NCBI GenBank assembly: GCA_964016885.1
Contig: OZ024744.1
Location: forward strand, 71,052,001 to 71,116,000
Direction of reading: 5' to 3'
Length of the DNA: 64,000 bases
Origin: Eledone cirrhosa
Lineage: Eukaryota
Shown: positions 39,973 through 52,512 of the stretch, piece by piece
How the letters are laid out: each line of letters opens with the position of its first letter
Position numbering within the stretch: position 1 is the first letter of the stretch
Made by a program: the position numbers and the translations under genes
The notes under the pieces: model-generated
What the model saw: the letters and a program-made list of their open reading frames with translations, nothing else
What the model was told of the DNA's origin: nothing
The model's database searches: none

Positions 39973-42900
39973 ATTTCTCTATTGGCCACAAGCGCCGACA
40001 TATAGGAGACAATAGAAAATACAAGTACGGGGTTTACAATAAAAGCAAGTAAATAAGTTATAACAAATAATAATAGAATTATAACAATGAAAATTCCCCA
40101 ATAGAGGTTAGTACTATCCAGGGGTGACTTAGGAGCCCCCGCCAATCCTAAACCACCCTATTCTCCAAGAGCACCCTAGGAGGTCACCCCTCTCCTCTCC
40201 AAACCATCCAGCCTAATAGGCGCATGGTCAGAGTAGGCCCATTCACACAGGCCATTCCCACAACCTTCACCCACCTTATAATAAATGTACAGGAGGTAGC
40301 ACTTCCCTCTCCACCCTCACCTTCCCTTCCAAGTTGATCTTGAAAAGGTTGATGAGGAATTGGCCAAAGAGGAAAGTATCTGTCTTCACTCCTTTCAGCC
40401 TTGTCCACCACACAACCTCTTTTGCCTCAGCCACCAGGCAGAGGAAAACTGCCTGCCTTTCCCAGCCAAAAGGTGGTGGAACGATTTTCACGATGGACTC
40501 AGTTGATAGCCTGATGGTTTTACACGTGATAACAGCTGTTCAAGAAAACTCCACAAGTCAGTAATGCACAGACACTGGATGAGCATATGCAGAATGGTTA
40601 TGTCATTCTGTGCACATTTTGGACAAGTCCATTTGACTGCACTTCCATGCCTGTAGAGTTTATCTTGAACCAACAGCGAGATCCCCCTGTAGCACTGTCA
40701 AAGTAAGAATTTCTAGAAGTTGTCCATAGCCCCCGGCTTGAAAGTTCTCCAGAACAGACTAGTCAATTTGATTTCATAAATGCCCAAAGCCTCTCCAAGA
40801 ACATTGCCACACTTGCTCACCATTAGGCCTCTAAAGAACTCTTGAGTGGAATTTCCATTGACAGCATTGCCTGACTGGTAGAGGGCAGTGAGCACCAGGC
40901 AACATTCCAGAGGCCAGGCACTGTCTCGGTCTTCACTTGACCCATGACTGCAGCTCAGTCAAAGAGATGAGCTGTGGAAAGATGTGCCTCACAAACAGCT
41001 ACCACACCTCACCTGTTGACCATTTAGGAATATCTAGAGATGGTGTAGTCACAGCACATATCATCAGCCACAGCATACCCGGTCCTGTTTTCTTCATCAG
41101 CACTATTACATCCCAAATCAGAGAACTGGAAATACTCCCATTTTGCTGCCAGTTGCAGTAGACAGCTTCAAGGAGATCAGAGAACGAGTTTAGCATGTCT
41201 ATGTAAAATTCATAGGGTAGACCATCCAAACTGGGCAATTTGTGACCCTTAATGTTGGCCAGGGCTTCTCGAATCTCGGCTGCAGTTATTGGCTTTTTGT
41301 AGCACTCCTCATCAGTCGCCAAGAGTTGCAGCAGGTCATCAAGACAGGAACTGAAGTTCACCACCATCTCTGATTCCCCACTCTCCTCGAATATTTGTGT
41401 AAAGTGCTGGGGAAAAGCTGCACATCTACTTGGAATCCACCAGCATGCACTCGTCTCAGTCCATCAAAGACCGAATTGTAGTTTTCTTATCACACTGCAC
41501 CTCTGCCACTGGGCCAATTGAACAGCTTTTGTTCCCTTGTTTCTTAGAGCATGCACCTTAGCTATGACAATGTAGCTTCCATGTTTCACATTGAAAAAAT
41601 GGTATAGTGCCATTCTTACCATTAGCACGTCAGTTGTAATACCACTTCTGATCACCACTTCTAATTTAGCTGTTAGTTCCCCCTCCCTTTTATTTTTTTC
41701 TATTGCTACTTCTTTACTAAAAGCTATTGATGCACCTCTAATCTCTCTCTCTCTCTCTTGAGAGCAACACCCCACCCACACTGTTGATGACTTCCCCTAT
41801 CAACTGTCACTTAACTGAAGTTCTAACCCAGTCTATGTAGGCTTTACATGCTGGGAATGTGTTAAGCTTCCAGTAACTAGGTCCCTACTTACGTGTTCTA
41901 TCATGAATTTGGGATCTGAATAGGCAATCGTTTGGAAATGTGAACACCCTATGTTATCCCTATCTGCTGACCTAATGAAGAACCTATCTATATACAATCT
42001 AGATAACACAATGCGGTTGGTCCATGTCCACACTGGGGCATTCAGGAAATCTAGTTAGTACCTGTTAAACTGTTGGAACTGCCTGATTAGGTTCTTGAGA
42101 CTTTTGCACCTCTCGCTTCTATCTGCTATTCCCACACAATCCCTTTGTGCATCCAAGATGCCGTTCCAGTCCCCTGCAAACAGTAAAGAATGAAACATTT
42201 CTAGAAAGGCTTCCAGATGTCTGAAGAAATCCAGCTGTCCAGCCTCGGTTGGGACATAGGTAGCCTCCAATCTAAAGGCACCACCTTCATTGTTGTTCAT
42301 GTCTTGGACCACCAACTTACCATCCAGGTGTAGGAAAATCGTCCATACCTCAAAATCCATGGCTTCCTAAACAGTACTGCTAACCCACCTCCCATTCAAG
42401 GCTAAAGGAAATGAAGATCTAATAGTTGTCTAAAATGGGGGCTAGTGCATATGTGTCGGAAATCCTCATCTCACTGATGGCAGTCACATCCATATCTAGT
42501 GACCTGAGGTCGTTCAGTAAGCAACCTTGCTTCCAGGACAACCCCAGGCCATGAACATTTAAGCATTCTACTCTTATAATAGCCATGTTGGTTGGTTAGT
42601 CAAGAGAAAAAAGAGGACTACTTTCCCTTTGGGTGCTGTTAGAGATCAGGGGATTTGATCTCCATATTTGGTGGGGTTTCTTTTGGGAACCCCTTTAAAA
42701 GCCTACTGGTGGCTCTCACATAGGCAGCCCCCTATGTTGAGCAGAAAGCTTTCCCTTATGCCTTTATAGGCACCCAGTAACATTCTTACCATCAGTAGAG
42801 ATTCAGGCACTTTAAATGTGCTAGTGTCTGTGGTGTCTGCTCTGGCTATTAGTGGGAGTGTGTTACTGTGTCTATGTGTGATTTTGTGTTTAGACGAGAT

Positions 42901-43960
42901 GAAGAGAAAGAGAGCAGGGAGCTTTTTTCACGGATCCCCAGGGTGGTTTTGTTGGGGTCTGTTGTTGTAGTTTATGTTAGTGGTGGTTCAGTTGCTGCTG
43001 TTGGTGATGTTGTTAGTCTTGGTGTTGTCGTTGCTGCTGCTGTTGGTGATGTTGTTAGTCTTGGTGTTGTCGTTGCTGCTGCTGCTGGTGTTGGTGGTGC
43101 TGCAGATGTTATTGTTGTTGTGTTGTTGAGGTTCTGGTATTGGCAGCAGCAAGACACTGAGGTTCCCTGTCCTTTGTTTAGAGCAAAAAGCTCTTAAATG
43201 TCTGTTTTTCCTGCAAAACTGACAGTGGGACCTTTTACACTAAACTATGGAGGCACATGGCTTAGTGGTTAGAGCATTGGCCTTGCAATCGAAAGGTTGT
43301 GAGTTCAATTCTCAGACTGGGTTATGTGTTGTTTCCTTGAGCAAGACACTTTATTTCACATTGCTCCAGTTTACTCAGCTGTAGAAATGAGATGATAGAG
43401 ACTGGAGTCCCTATCATTCCACTGCAAAGTGGTCGTGGAGGTGCCACAGAAAAAAACCACCCAGCACTCACTGTAAATGAGGTTGGTGTTAGGAACAGCA
43501 TCCAGCTGTAGAAATCAAGCCAGAATCAGTTCCCATCCCACCCTTGCAAGCAGGGAAAAGCGGACGTAAAATGATGATGATGATGATGATGATGATGATA
43601 TGACCCTTAGCTTCATGCCACCTGGAAAGTGAATTAGGTCTGGTATCTTTTCAAATTTCTCTGGTTTGATCTGGAGAAGTATATCCAGAAAGATCCTAAA
43701 CCAGTTCTCCCTCCAGTTGCTCTTTACCTCAAGGAGTGTTCTGCTTCCCTCTAGCACTATGCATTCTACAATCCACCAGATCTCTATTTCTGGTGGGATC
43801 CCAGCAATGCAGATTTTGATTGTTTGCCTTCCCACAAGAGGGAAAAAAATAAACTGGTCCATTTTGCAGGGAACCATGGAATACTTCTTTGCAAAGGCCT
43901 CGTTATTGAAGAACACCGAGATGCTCCAAAACTGCTTGGCCCTTGCCATGTGTTGAATGT
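39961..43960 (-). mobile_element. Tx1/L1-clade LINE with ORF1 and ORF2 remnants; most of RT deleted
   Basis: ORF1 CCHC knuckle CQFCRKNRHLRAFC (about 43180-43225); ORF2 start MAIIRVECLNVHGL at 42586; APE motifs AGDWN and SRLYIDRFF; LDGLPYEFY; CPKC..TILHMLIQC. Confidence 0.85.
43248..43598 (+). mobile_element. Full-length CORE-type SINE with RTE-2 tail, inserted in the Tx1 ORF1
   Basis: tggcttagtggttagagc and gagttcaattctc boxes, CORE, 49-bp unit, tail identical to the LINE end at 60191-60250. Confidence 0.9.
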
Positions 43961-44309
43961 CTGGCACTCTGTAAAGTGGTAGTGCTGGTACCATAATAAA
44001 ATGCACCCAACAAACTCTGTAAAGTAGTAGTGCTGGTACCATGATAAAAAACAGCCAATCCACTCTGTCAGGTGATAGTGTAAGTATAATAATAAAAAGC
44101 ACCCAGTACACACTCAAAAGTGGTAGTGCTGGTACACAATAAGAAATACCCAGCCCACTCTGTAAAATCACAGTGCTGGTACCATGATAAAATGTTGACC
44201 TCAGTAGAAGTTAAATGCAAAACATAAAATGCTGCAAGGCATTTTATTTTGTCTATTGCTCTAATTCCTCATATATTCTTTGAAAAGCATTTTCTATTCA
44301 GTAATGTAT

Positions 44310-44700
44310 AATAATAATGAAATTATTGTGTACAGTGCTCAGGTGCACTACAACTCATTACAGGTGCTTGTACAGTACATAGAATAATGTTTAAATGTCA
44401 GGAAAGAGAACAGTGTATGAGTCATGATATACATGCATGTGTGAGTATGGAGGGGGGATATCAGGTATAGTGTTGGCGAATTTCAGGAAGCATGGAGGTT
44501 TTAAAGGATACAGTGTCCCTGCAGCTAACAACTGATGTACATAGTTTGTTCCATGCTTCAGCAACTCTGAGCATGAAAAAATGTTTTCAGAAGTCATGGG
44601 AGCTGTGCTGTTTTCTGACTTTGTAGGCATGCCCACATGTGTTAGACACATGGAATTCAACTTATACTGAACATATTGTACACAATTATCTCCCAATAAT
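44310..44700 (-). mobile_element. CR1-like LINE 3' fragment
   Basis: RVAEAWNKLCTSVVSCRDTVSFKT pattern. Confidence 0.6.
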
Positions 44701-44770
44701 ATAATATCCAGATAAATATTTAAACCCACAACCCAACTGTCAATTAAACCGTAATACATACACTATATAT

Positions 44771-45195
44771 ATCATCATCATCATCACCGTTTTACATCCA
44801 TTTTCCACACTAGCATGGGTTAGACGAGTTGTCATGTTGTGGGCAATGCTAGGACAGGTGACCATGTCTTTCTTATACAGAACTGATTTTGGCTTGGTTT
44901 CTACAGCTGGATGCCCTTCCTAATGCCAACCTTGTTTACAGTGAGTGCTGGGTGCTTTTTGTCGTGATACGTACACGACCACTTTACAGTGTGAACTGGG
45001 TGCCTTTTGTTTTCATACCTACACGACCACATTACAGTGTGACTGGGTATTTTTTGTCATGTCATCTATACGACCACTTGACAGTGTGGACTAGGTGATT
45101 TTTGTCATGTCATCTACACGACCACTTTACAGTATGGACTGGATGATTTTTTTTGTCGAGACACCTCCAAAACCACTTTACAATGTGAGCTGTAC
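44771..45195 (-). mobile_element. RTE-tail module with ~48-bp tandem units
   Basis: (CAT)n, tttacatccattttccacactagcatggg, then repeated acgaccactttacagtg. Confidence 0.75.
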
Positions 45196-45246
45196 ATATA
45201 TATATATGCATAGAGATACGTAAAATCACGATCACGGTGCCAAGTG

Positions 45247-45279
<33 letters not shown>

Positions 45280-45771
45280 CAATTATACAAGTTTAAACTT
45301 GTATAATTGATGCTCTGAGCTAATGTTCATGGAGCTTCTTATTTTTGGAGAAACATAAATATATTTTATATGATTAAAACTAAATATAGTATATAACTAC
45401 TCCAATTTTATTTTTTTAAATTTGTTGAGTTGCCTTAATTGGACTTGTTTGGAGCTATCTTTAGCACTTTTTAATGACCTGCCCTGTAATATCTGCCTTT
45501 CTGTTAAATGTTATTTTAACACCATGTGATGGTTATTTCAAATTTCTTCCTTGGATAAATAACTAATAATTTGTGAAGTGTGAGATATATATAGAAAGAC
45601 TGAAACTTAATGATGATTAAAATCCTGGTCTTAAGATGCTTCTTAGTAAAAACGATAATTGGTAATAGATACTGATCATCAAAATTGATAATGGATACTG
45701 ATCATAAAAATTTCTGTGGTTTTATAAAACAGATTTGTCTATGTGACTGTAAGTGATTTAGGCTTGTTACC

Positions 45772-45851
45772 ATCTTGTCCCCCAAAAATGTATACACACT
45801 TCAATAGCATTCTAATAAACGTATGTATATATTTTGGGGGGACACTCTGTA
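45772..45851. mobile_element. Mini Tc1/mariner MITE
   Basis: tgtcccccaaaaatgtatacac...gtatatattttggggggacactctg-TA. Confidence 0.65.
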
Positions 45852-45879
45852 TATATTATTTGTTCTTTTCTTAAGGCCC

Positions 45880-46060
45880 CACTCAGTTACAAATGTCCAT
45901 GGTTTTGCACCTAGAACATTCCGAGTAAAGTCAAGGCAAGGTTTATTTTGTGGAAGACCAGCAGTCGCCCATGCATACCAGTCTCTCCATGCCACCAATT
46001 TTGTCCAAGGGAAAGGCAATGGCCGATACGGCTTGCCACCAGCGATGTCACAACTCATAT
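45880..46060 (-). mobile_element. CORE SINE tail-type-A fragment
   Basis: Matches 47670-47850. Confidence 0.75.
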
Positions 46061-46311
46061 AATTTTATATATATATATGTAGAAGTTATATTTAATTTGT
46101 TGGGAATATTTTTATAACTGATATAAAGCTTCCAACCGACATGGTCGCATTCTTTAAAGGTATGTCAATATTTGTTTATAAAACTGATCTATATTATATT
46201 TTATCTGATAAAAGTGCACCATAATTTGCTTTGGTGTCCTTGAAATATGTATAATGATATAAATATGGTTTTATAAATATAGTTTCCATTTGTTAATATA
46301 TTATATATATA

Positions 46312-46778
46312 TACCGAGATCTTTGGCGGTACTCAGTAATAGAGAAGACTCGCCTTACCTAAATACAAAGTAAAACCTACTACAGTCAGTAGGCACCTCT
46401 AACAAAATACACCCCCATCCCACTACCCCCACCCCACCCACACCACCCCTTTCAATGTAAAGTTATGTTGGTACCACAACATCGAGTCCGAAACAAATGA
46501 GGTCGTGTAGGTGTCACGACAAAAAAACACACAGTCCACACTGTAATGTGGCTTTGTAGGTAACACGGTAAAAACCTCCCAGTCCACACTGTAAATGTGG
46601 TTGGTGTTAGGAAGGGCATCCAGCCATAGAAAACCCGCCAGACAGTCCTATGCGAGCAAGACAACCACTCTTGCTTCAAGTGGGAAAACTTCCGTCCAAA
46701 CCCATGCAAGCGTGGAATATGGACGTTAAACGATGATGATGATGACGATGTTGATGATGATGATGTTGATGATGATAT
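46312..46778 (+). mobile_element. RTE LINE 3' end (RTE-4)
   Basis: RDLWRYSVIEKTR ORF end, UTR and (GAT)n; copies at 57566-58012 (minus) and 52697-52868. Confidence 0.8.
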
Positions 46779-46782
46779 ATGA

Positions 46783-47221
46783 GACCTGGGATGAGGTGAT
46801 AAAAGCTGACCTTACTCAATTACATCTCTCAAAGCAATGACACACGACCATGACCTCTGGCGTCACACAGTAATACAGAAGACCCGACTCCCCACGGGTA
46901 CAGGCCGAAGCTGAAGCATATAGACAATATGCCCCCACACTCTCCCACTGCAAAGTGGTCGTGCAGGTGCCATGGCAAAAAAGCACCCAGCCTACACTGT
47001 AAAGTGGTCGTGGAGGCGCCACAGGAAAAAAACACCCAGCACTCACTGTAAATGAGGTTGGTGTTAGGAAGGGCATCCAGCTGTAGAAATCAAACCAGAA
47101 TCAGTTCCCATATGAGCAAGACAAGGTCAGCCGACCGGACACTGCCCACAACAGGACAACCAGTCTAACTCATGCTAGCGTGGAAGAACGGACGTAAAAC
47201 GGTGATGATGATGATGATGAT
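46783..47221 (+). mobile_element. RTE-1 3' end
   Basis: TWDEVIKADLTQLHL plus UTR as in 52080-52512. Confidence 0.9.
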
Positions 47222-47311
47222 GTATGTATGTATGTATGTATATATATGTATGTAGTAAAAGATTGATAAATTTTTTTAAAAGCTGGTTCAATATGTTAGA
47301 AAAATATATAT

Positions 47312-47660
47312 CAATTGTGAGTTCTTGGACCGGGTGATGTGTTGTTTCCTTGAGCAAGACACTTTATTTCACATTGCTCCAGTTTACTCAGCTGTAGAAA
47401 TGAGATGATAGGACTGGGGTCCCTATCATTCCACTGCAAAGTGGACGTGGAGGTGCCACGACAAAGCACCCAGCACTCACTGTAACTGAGGTTGGTATTA
47501 GGAAGGGCATCCAGCTGTAGAAATCAAGCCAGAATCAGTTCCCATATGAGCAAGACAAGGTCAGCTGACCAGACACTGCCCACAACAGGACAACCCATCT
47601 AACCCATGCTAGCATGGAAGAACGGACGTAAAACGGTGATGATGATGATGATGATGATGA
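47312..47660 (+). mobile_element. CORE-type SINE with RTE-1 tail
   Basis: Same body as 43248-43530, then atgagcaagacaagg..tagcatggaagaacggacgtaaaacggt(gat)n. Confidence 0.88.
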
Positions 47661-47992
47661 TTCCCTTTGCTCATGACCATGGGTTTTGCATCTAGAAAGT
47701 TCCCCACCGAGGCACGACACCAAGCAAGGTGTTTTTGTGGAAGACCACTAGTCACCCATGCATACCAGTCTCCCTCTCTCCACGCCACTGATGTTGTCCA
47801 AGGGAAAGGCAATGGCTGATACAGCTTGACACCAGTGACGTTGCAACTCATTTCTACAGCTGAGTAAACTGGAGCAACATGAAATAGAGTGTCTTGCTCA
47901 AGGACACAACGCACCACCCAGTCCGAGAATTGAACTCACAACCTCTCAATTGCAAGCCCAATGCTCTAACAACTAAGCCATGCACCTTCACA
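47661..47992 (-). mobile_element. CORE-type SINE, tail type A
   Basis: Inverted relative of 2570-2897. Confidence 0.85.
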
Positions 47993-48075
47993 GACATTCT
48001 CTATATTTGTACAAAATACTAATATTTTCTCAATTTGATTTATACATTTTTTTAATACATTATTTAAACTTGTAT

Positions 48076-48187
48076 GAGTTCAAATCCCGCCGAGGTTAAC
48101 TTTGCCTTTCATCCTTACGGGGTCGATAAAATAAAGTACTAGTAGTGCACTGGGATAATTGCTGGCCTTGTGCCTAAAGTAGAAACA
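48076..48187 (+). mobile_element. 5'-truncated Meta SINE with 17-bp TSD
   Basis: attatttaaacttgtat at 48059-48075 and 48188-48204. Confidence 0.9.
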
Positions 48188-49459
48188 ATTATTTAAACTT
48201 GTATAATTGATGTTCATGGAGCTTTTTTGTTGAGAAACATAATTGAGATATATTTTATATGTATAGATTAAACATATGTATATATATATATATGTGTGTG
48301 TATAGATTAAACATATGTATATATATATGTGTTTGTGTGTGTATAGATTAAACATATGTATATATATATATATGTGTGTATAGATTAAACATATGTATAT
48401 ATATATATGTGTGTGTATAGATTAAACATATGTATATATATATGTGTGTGTGTGTATAGATTAAACATATGTATATATATATATGTGTGTGTGTATAGAT
48501 TAAACATATGTATATATATATATGTGTGTGTGTATAGATTAAACATATGTATATATATATGTGTGTGTGTGTATAGATTAAACATATGTATTTATATATG
48601 TGTGTGTGTATAAATTAAACATATGTATATATATATGTGTGTGTATAGATTAAACATATGTATATATATATATATGTGTGTGTGTATAGATTAAACATAT
48701 GTATATATATATGTGTGTGTGTGTATAGATTAAACATATGTATATATATATGTGTGTGTGTATAAATTAAACATATGTATATATATATGTGTGTGTGTAT
48801 AGATTAAATATATGTATATATATATATGTGTGTGTGTGTATAGATTAAACATATGTATATATATATATATGTGTGTGTATAGATTAAACATATGTATATA
48901 TATGTGTGTGTGTGTATAGATTAAACATATGTATATATATATATATGTGTGTGTGTGTATAGATTAAACATATGTATATATATATGTGTGTGTGTATAGA
49001 TTAAACATATGTATATATATATATATGTGTGTGTATAGATTACACATATGTATATATATATGTGTGTGTGTGTATAGATTAAACATATGTATATATGTGT
49101 GTGTGTATAGATTAAACATATGTATATATATATGTGTGTGTGTATAGATTAAACATATGTATATATATATGTGTGTGTGTATAGATTAAACATATGTATA
49201 TGTGTGTGTGTGTATAGATTAAACATATGTATATATATATGTGTGTGTGTGTATAGATTAAACATATGTATATATATATACGTGCGTGTGTGTGTATAGA
49301 TTAAACATATATATATGTGTGGGTATAGATTAAACATATGTATATATATATGTGTGTGTGTATAGATTAAATATATGTATATATATATATGTGTGTGTGT
49401 ATAGATTAAACATATGTATATATGTGTGTGTGTATAGATTAAAAATATGTATATATATA

Positions 49460-49929
49460 TCATCATCATCATCATCATCACCGTTTTACGTCCGTTCTTC
49501 CACGCTAGCATGGGTTAGACGGGTTGTCCTGTTGTGGGCAGTGTCTGGTCGGCTGACCATGCCTTGCTCATACAGGAACTGATCTGGCTTGATTTCTACA
49601 GCTGGATGCCCTTCCTAACACCTACCTCATTTACAGTGAGTGCTGGGTACTTTTTCGTGGCGCCTACACGTCCACTTTACAGTGTGGGCTGGGTGCTTTT
49701 TTGCCATGGCACCTCCACGACCACCTTGCGGTGGGGGGTGTGGGGGCATATTGTCTATATGCTTCAGCATGTACCCATGGGAGGTCGGGTACTCTGTATT
49801 ACTGCGTGACGCCAGAAGTCACGGTCGTGTGTCATTGCCTCTGAGAGGTGTAATTGGGTACGGTCTGCTTTTATCACCTCATCCCAGGTCATCTTGGGTC
49901 TCCCCACTCCGCGGTTTCCATCAACTTCT
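49460..49929 (-). mobile_element. RTE-1 3' end
   Basis: Inverted near-copy of 52040-52512. Confidence 0.92.
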
Positions 49930-50043
49930 ATATGTGTGTGTGTATAGATTAAACGTATATATATGTGTGTGTGTATAGATTAAACATATGTATATATATA
50001 TATATGTGTGTGTGTGAATAGATTAAACATATGTATATATGTG

Positions 50044-52512
50044 TAAGAGAACTAGGAGTTCCTAAAAAATAATTTACTAGAGGCGACGGATGAGGTCTGT
50101 GGCTGGAGTAAGACCTCAAGAAGAAGGAGAGTGACTTGGTGGTGGAACAATAAGGTAGATGAAGCAGTTAAGGCCAAGAGACAGGCATGGAAAGAATGGA
50201 AGAATGGGGGGAGCAGGGTACATTACATAGAGACCAAGAGGGAAGCTAGGCGACAAGTATACTTAGCTAGGAGGGAAGCAGAGGATAGAAAATTCAAGCA
50301 TGTTTTACAACGTGAGGACCAGAAACAGGAGGTATTCAAGATTGCGAGGCAGTGTGTCAGAGATAGTTGTGATGTCATTGGAGAGAAGTGTATCCGGAAT
50401 GATAAAGGTGAGCTTGCCCTCACAAGTGCTGAGAAGAAAGATGCATGGAAGAGTCATTATGATAGATTACTAAATGAGGAGAATGCATGGGAAGAAGAGA
50501 CCCTACCCCAAGTAGACCCTATAGAGGGACCAGCAGTACAAGTCAGCAGCAGCGTAGTAAGTAAGGCAATCAAAGATATGAAGATGGGTAAGGCAACCGG
50601 TCCATCGGGTAGAGCTGCCGAGATGCTGAAGGCATCTGGGTCTGTAGGTCACACTATAACCACACGTATCGTTAACCAGGTAATACTAGAAGGTGCCATA
50701 CCAAAAGATTGGTGCAGTAGCATCATTGTCAACTGCTACAAAGGTAAAGGCGATGCACTAGATAGAGGAAACTATAGAGGGATAAAGTTGATGGACCAGG
50801 TCATGAAAGTAACAGAAAGAGTTATAGCACAGCTGATTAGGGACCGAGTGAAAATAGACGAGATGCAATTTGGGTTTGTACCAGGAAGAGGCACCACCGA
50901 TGCCCTCTTCCTTGTGAGGCAATTACAGGAAAAGTACCTAGCTAAAAGTAAGCCACTCTACTTGGCATTTGTCGACCTTGAGAAAGCCTTTGACAGATTT
51001 CCACGTGCTGTAATCTGGTGGGCTCTTAGAAAACTAGGAGTAGATGAATGGCTTGTGAAAGCGGTACAAGCCATATATAGGAGAGCAGTCAGCAAAGTTA
51101 GGATTAGCAATGAGTATAGCGAGGAATTTAGCGTACAGGTTGGTGTCCACCAGGGCTCTGTTCTTAGCCCTCTCCTGTTCATCATAGTCCTGCAGGCAAT
51201 AATGGAGGAGTTTAAGACCGGATGCCCATGGGAACTCCTGTATGCTGATGACCTCGCACTCATAGCTGAATCTATGGTAGAACTAGAGAATAAATTCCAA
51301 ACTTGGAAGCAGGGACTAGAAAGAAAGGGTCTCAAAGTCAACATGACAAAGACTAAGGTCCTTGTAAGTAGACGAGAAAACAGAACCCAGATCCCCTCAG
51401 GGAAATGGCCTTGCTCAGTATGTAGGAAAGGTGTAGGTAGGAACTCCATTCTCTGCCCCAAATGCAAACAATGGGTTCACAAGAGATGTAGCGGGATCTC
51501 AGGAAGCTTAATTAAGAATGTAGGATTCACATGCAGCAGCTGTGCTGAGACAGCAGGCAGCAAACAGCCACAGGAAACAAGTACCACCAATCTCTGGGAG
51601 GGCCCTGTAGAAACAGTAGACAGCTTCTGCTACCTAGGTGACTGAATTAGCAATGGAGGTGGGTGTTCAGAAAGTACAATAACTAGGGTAAGAACGGGAT
51701 GGAAGAAGTTTAGGGAACTACTACCACTGCTAGCTGCAAAAGGCTTCTCCCTCAGAATGAAAGGCAGACTGTATGATGCGTGTATCCGAACAGCGATGTT
51801 GCATGGTAGTGAGACCTGGGCGCTGAAGGTGGAAGACTTATGTAGATTAGAGAGAAATGAAGCCTGCATGCTCTGATGGATGTGTAACAGTAATATACGT
51901 GAACGACAAAGCATAAATGAATTGAGAGAGAGACTGAGCATAAGAGGAATCAAATGCTGTGTGCAGGAGAGGCGGTTGTGCTGGTATGGACATGTGATGC
52001 GTATGAAGGATGACAGCTGCATAAAAAGGTGCAGAGCACTAGAAGTTGATGGAAACCGCGGAGTGGGGAGACCGAAGATGACCTGGGATGAGGTGATAAA
52101 AGCCGACCTTACCCAATTACACCTCTCAAAGACAATGACACACGACCGTGATTTCTGGCGTCACGCAGTAATACAGAGTACCCGACCTCCCATGGGTACA
52201 AGCTGAAGCATATAGACAATATGCCCCCACACCCCCCACTGCAAGGTGGTCATGGAGGTGCCACAGCAAAAAAGCACCCAGCCCACACTGTAAAGTGGAC
52301 GTGTAGGCGCCACAAAAAAGCACCCAGCACTCACTGTAAATGAGGTTGGTGTTAGGAAGGGCATCCAGCTGTAGAAATCAAGCCAGATCAGTTCCTGTAT
52401 GAGCAAGGCATGGTCAGCCAACCAGACACTGCCCACGACAGGACAACCCGTCTAACCCATGCTAGCGTGGAAGAACGGACGTAAACGGTGATGATGATGA
52501 TGATGATGATGA
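50044..52512 (+). mobile_element. Young 5'-truncated RTE LINE (RTE-1) with 3' UTR and (GAT)n tail
   Basis: Single reading frame to 52206; no endonuclease domain retained. Confidence 0.95.
50131..52206 (+). pseudogene. RTE reverse transcriptase ORF with inserted PHD-type finger; two in-frame TGA stops
   Basis: ORFs 50131-51645 and 51880-52206 are in the same frame; motifs NYRGIKL, QFGF, FVDLEKAFD, GVHQGSVLSP, LYADD, FCYLG. Confidence 0.92.

Noticed and set aside
43248-43325. Possible tRNA gene
   Set aside because: A and B boxes run into CORE and LINE-tail sequence; it is a SINE head.
51643-51876. In-frame TGA codons as selenocysteine or read-through
   Set aside because: Both are CGA in the sister copy; simple CpG decay explains them.
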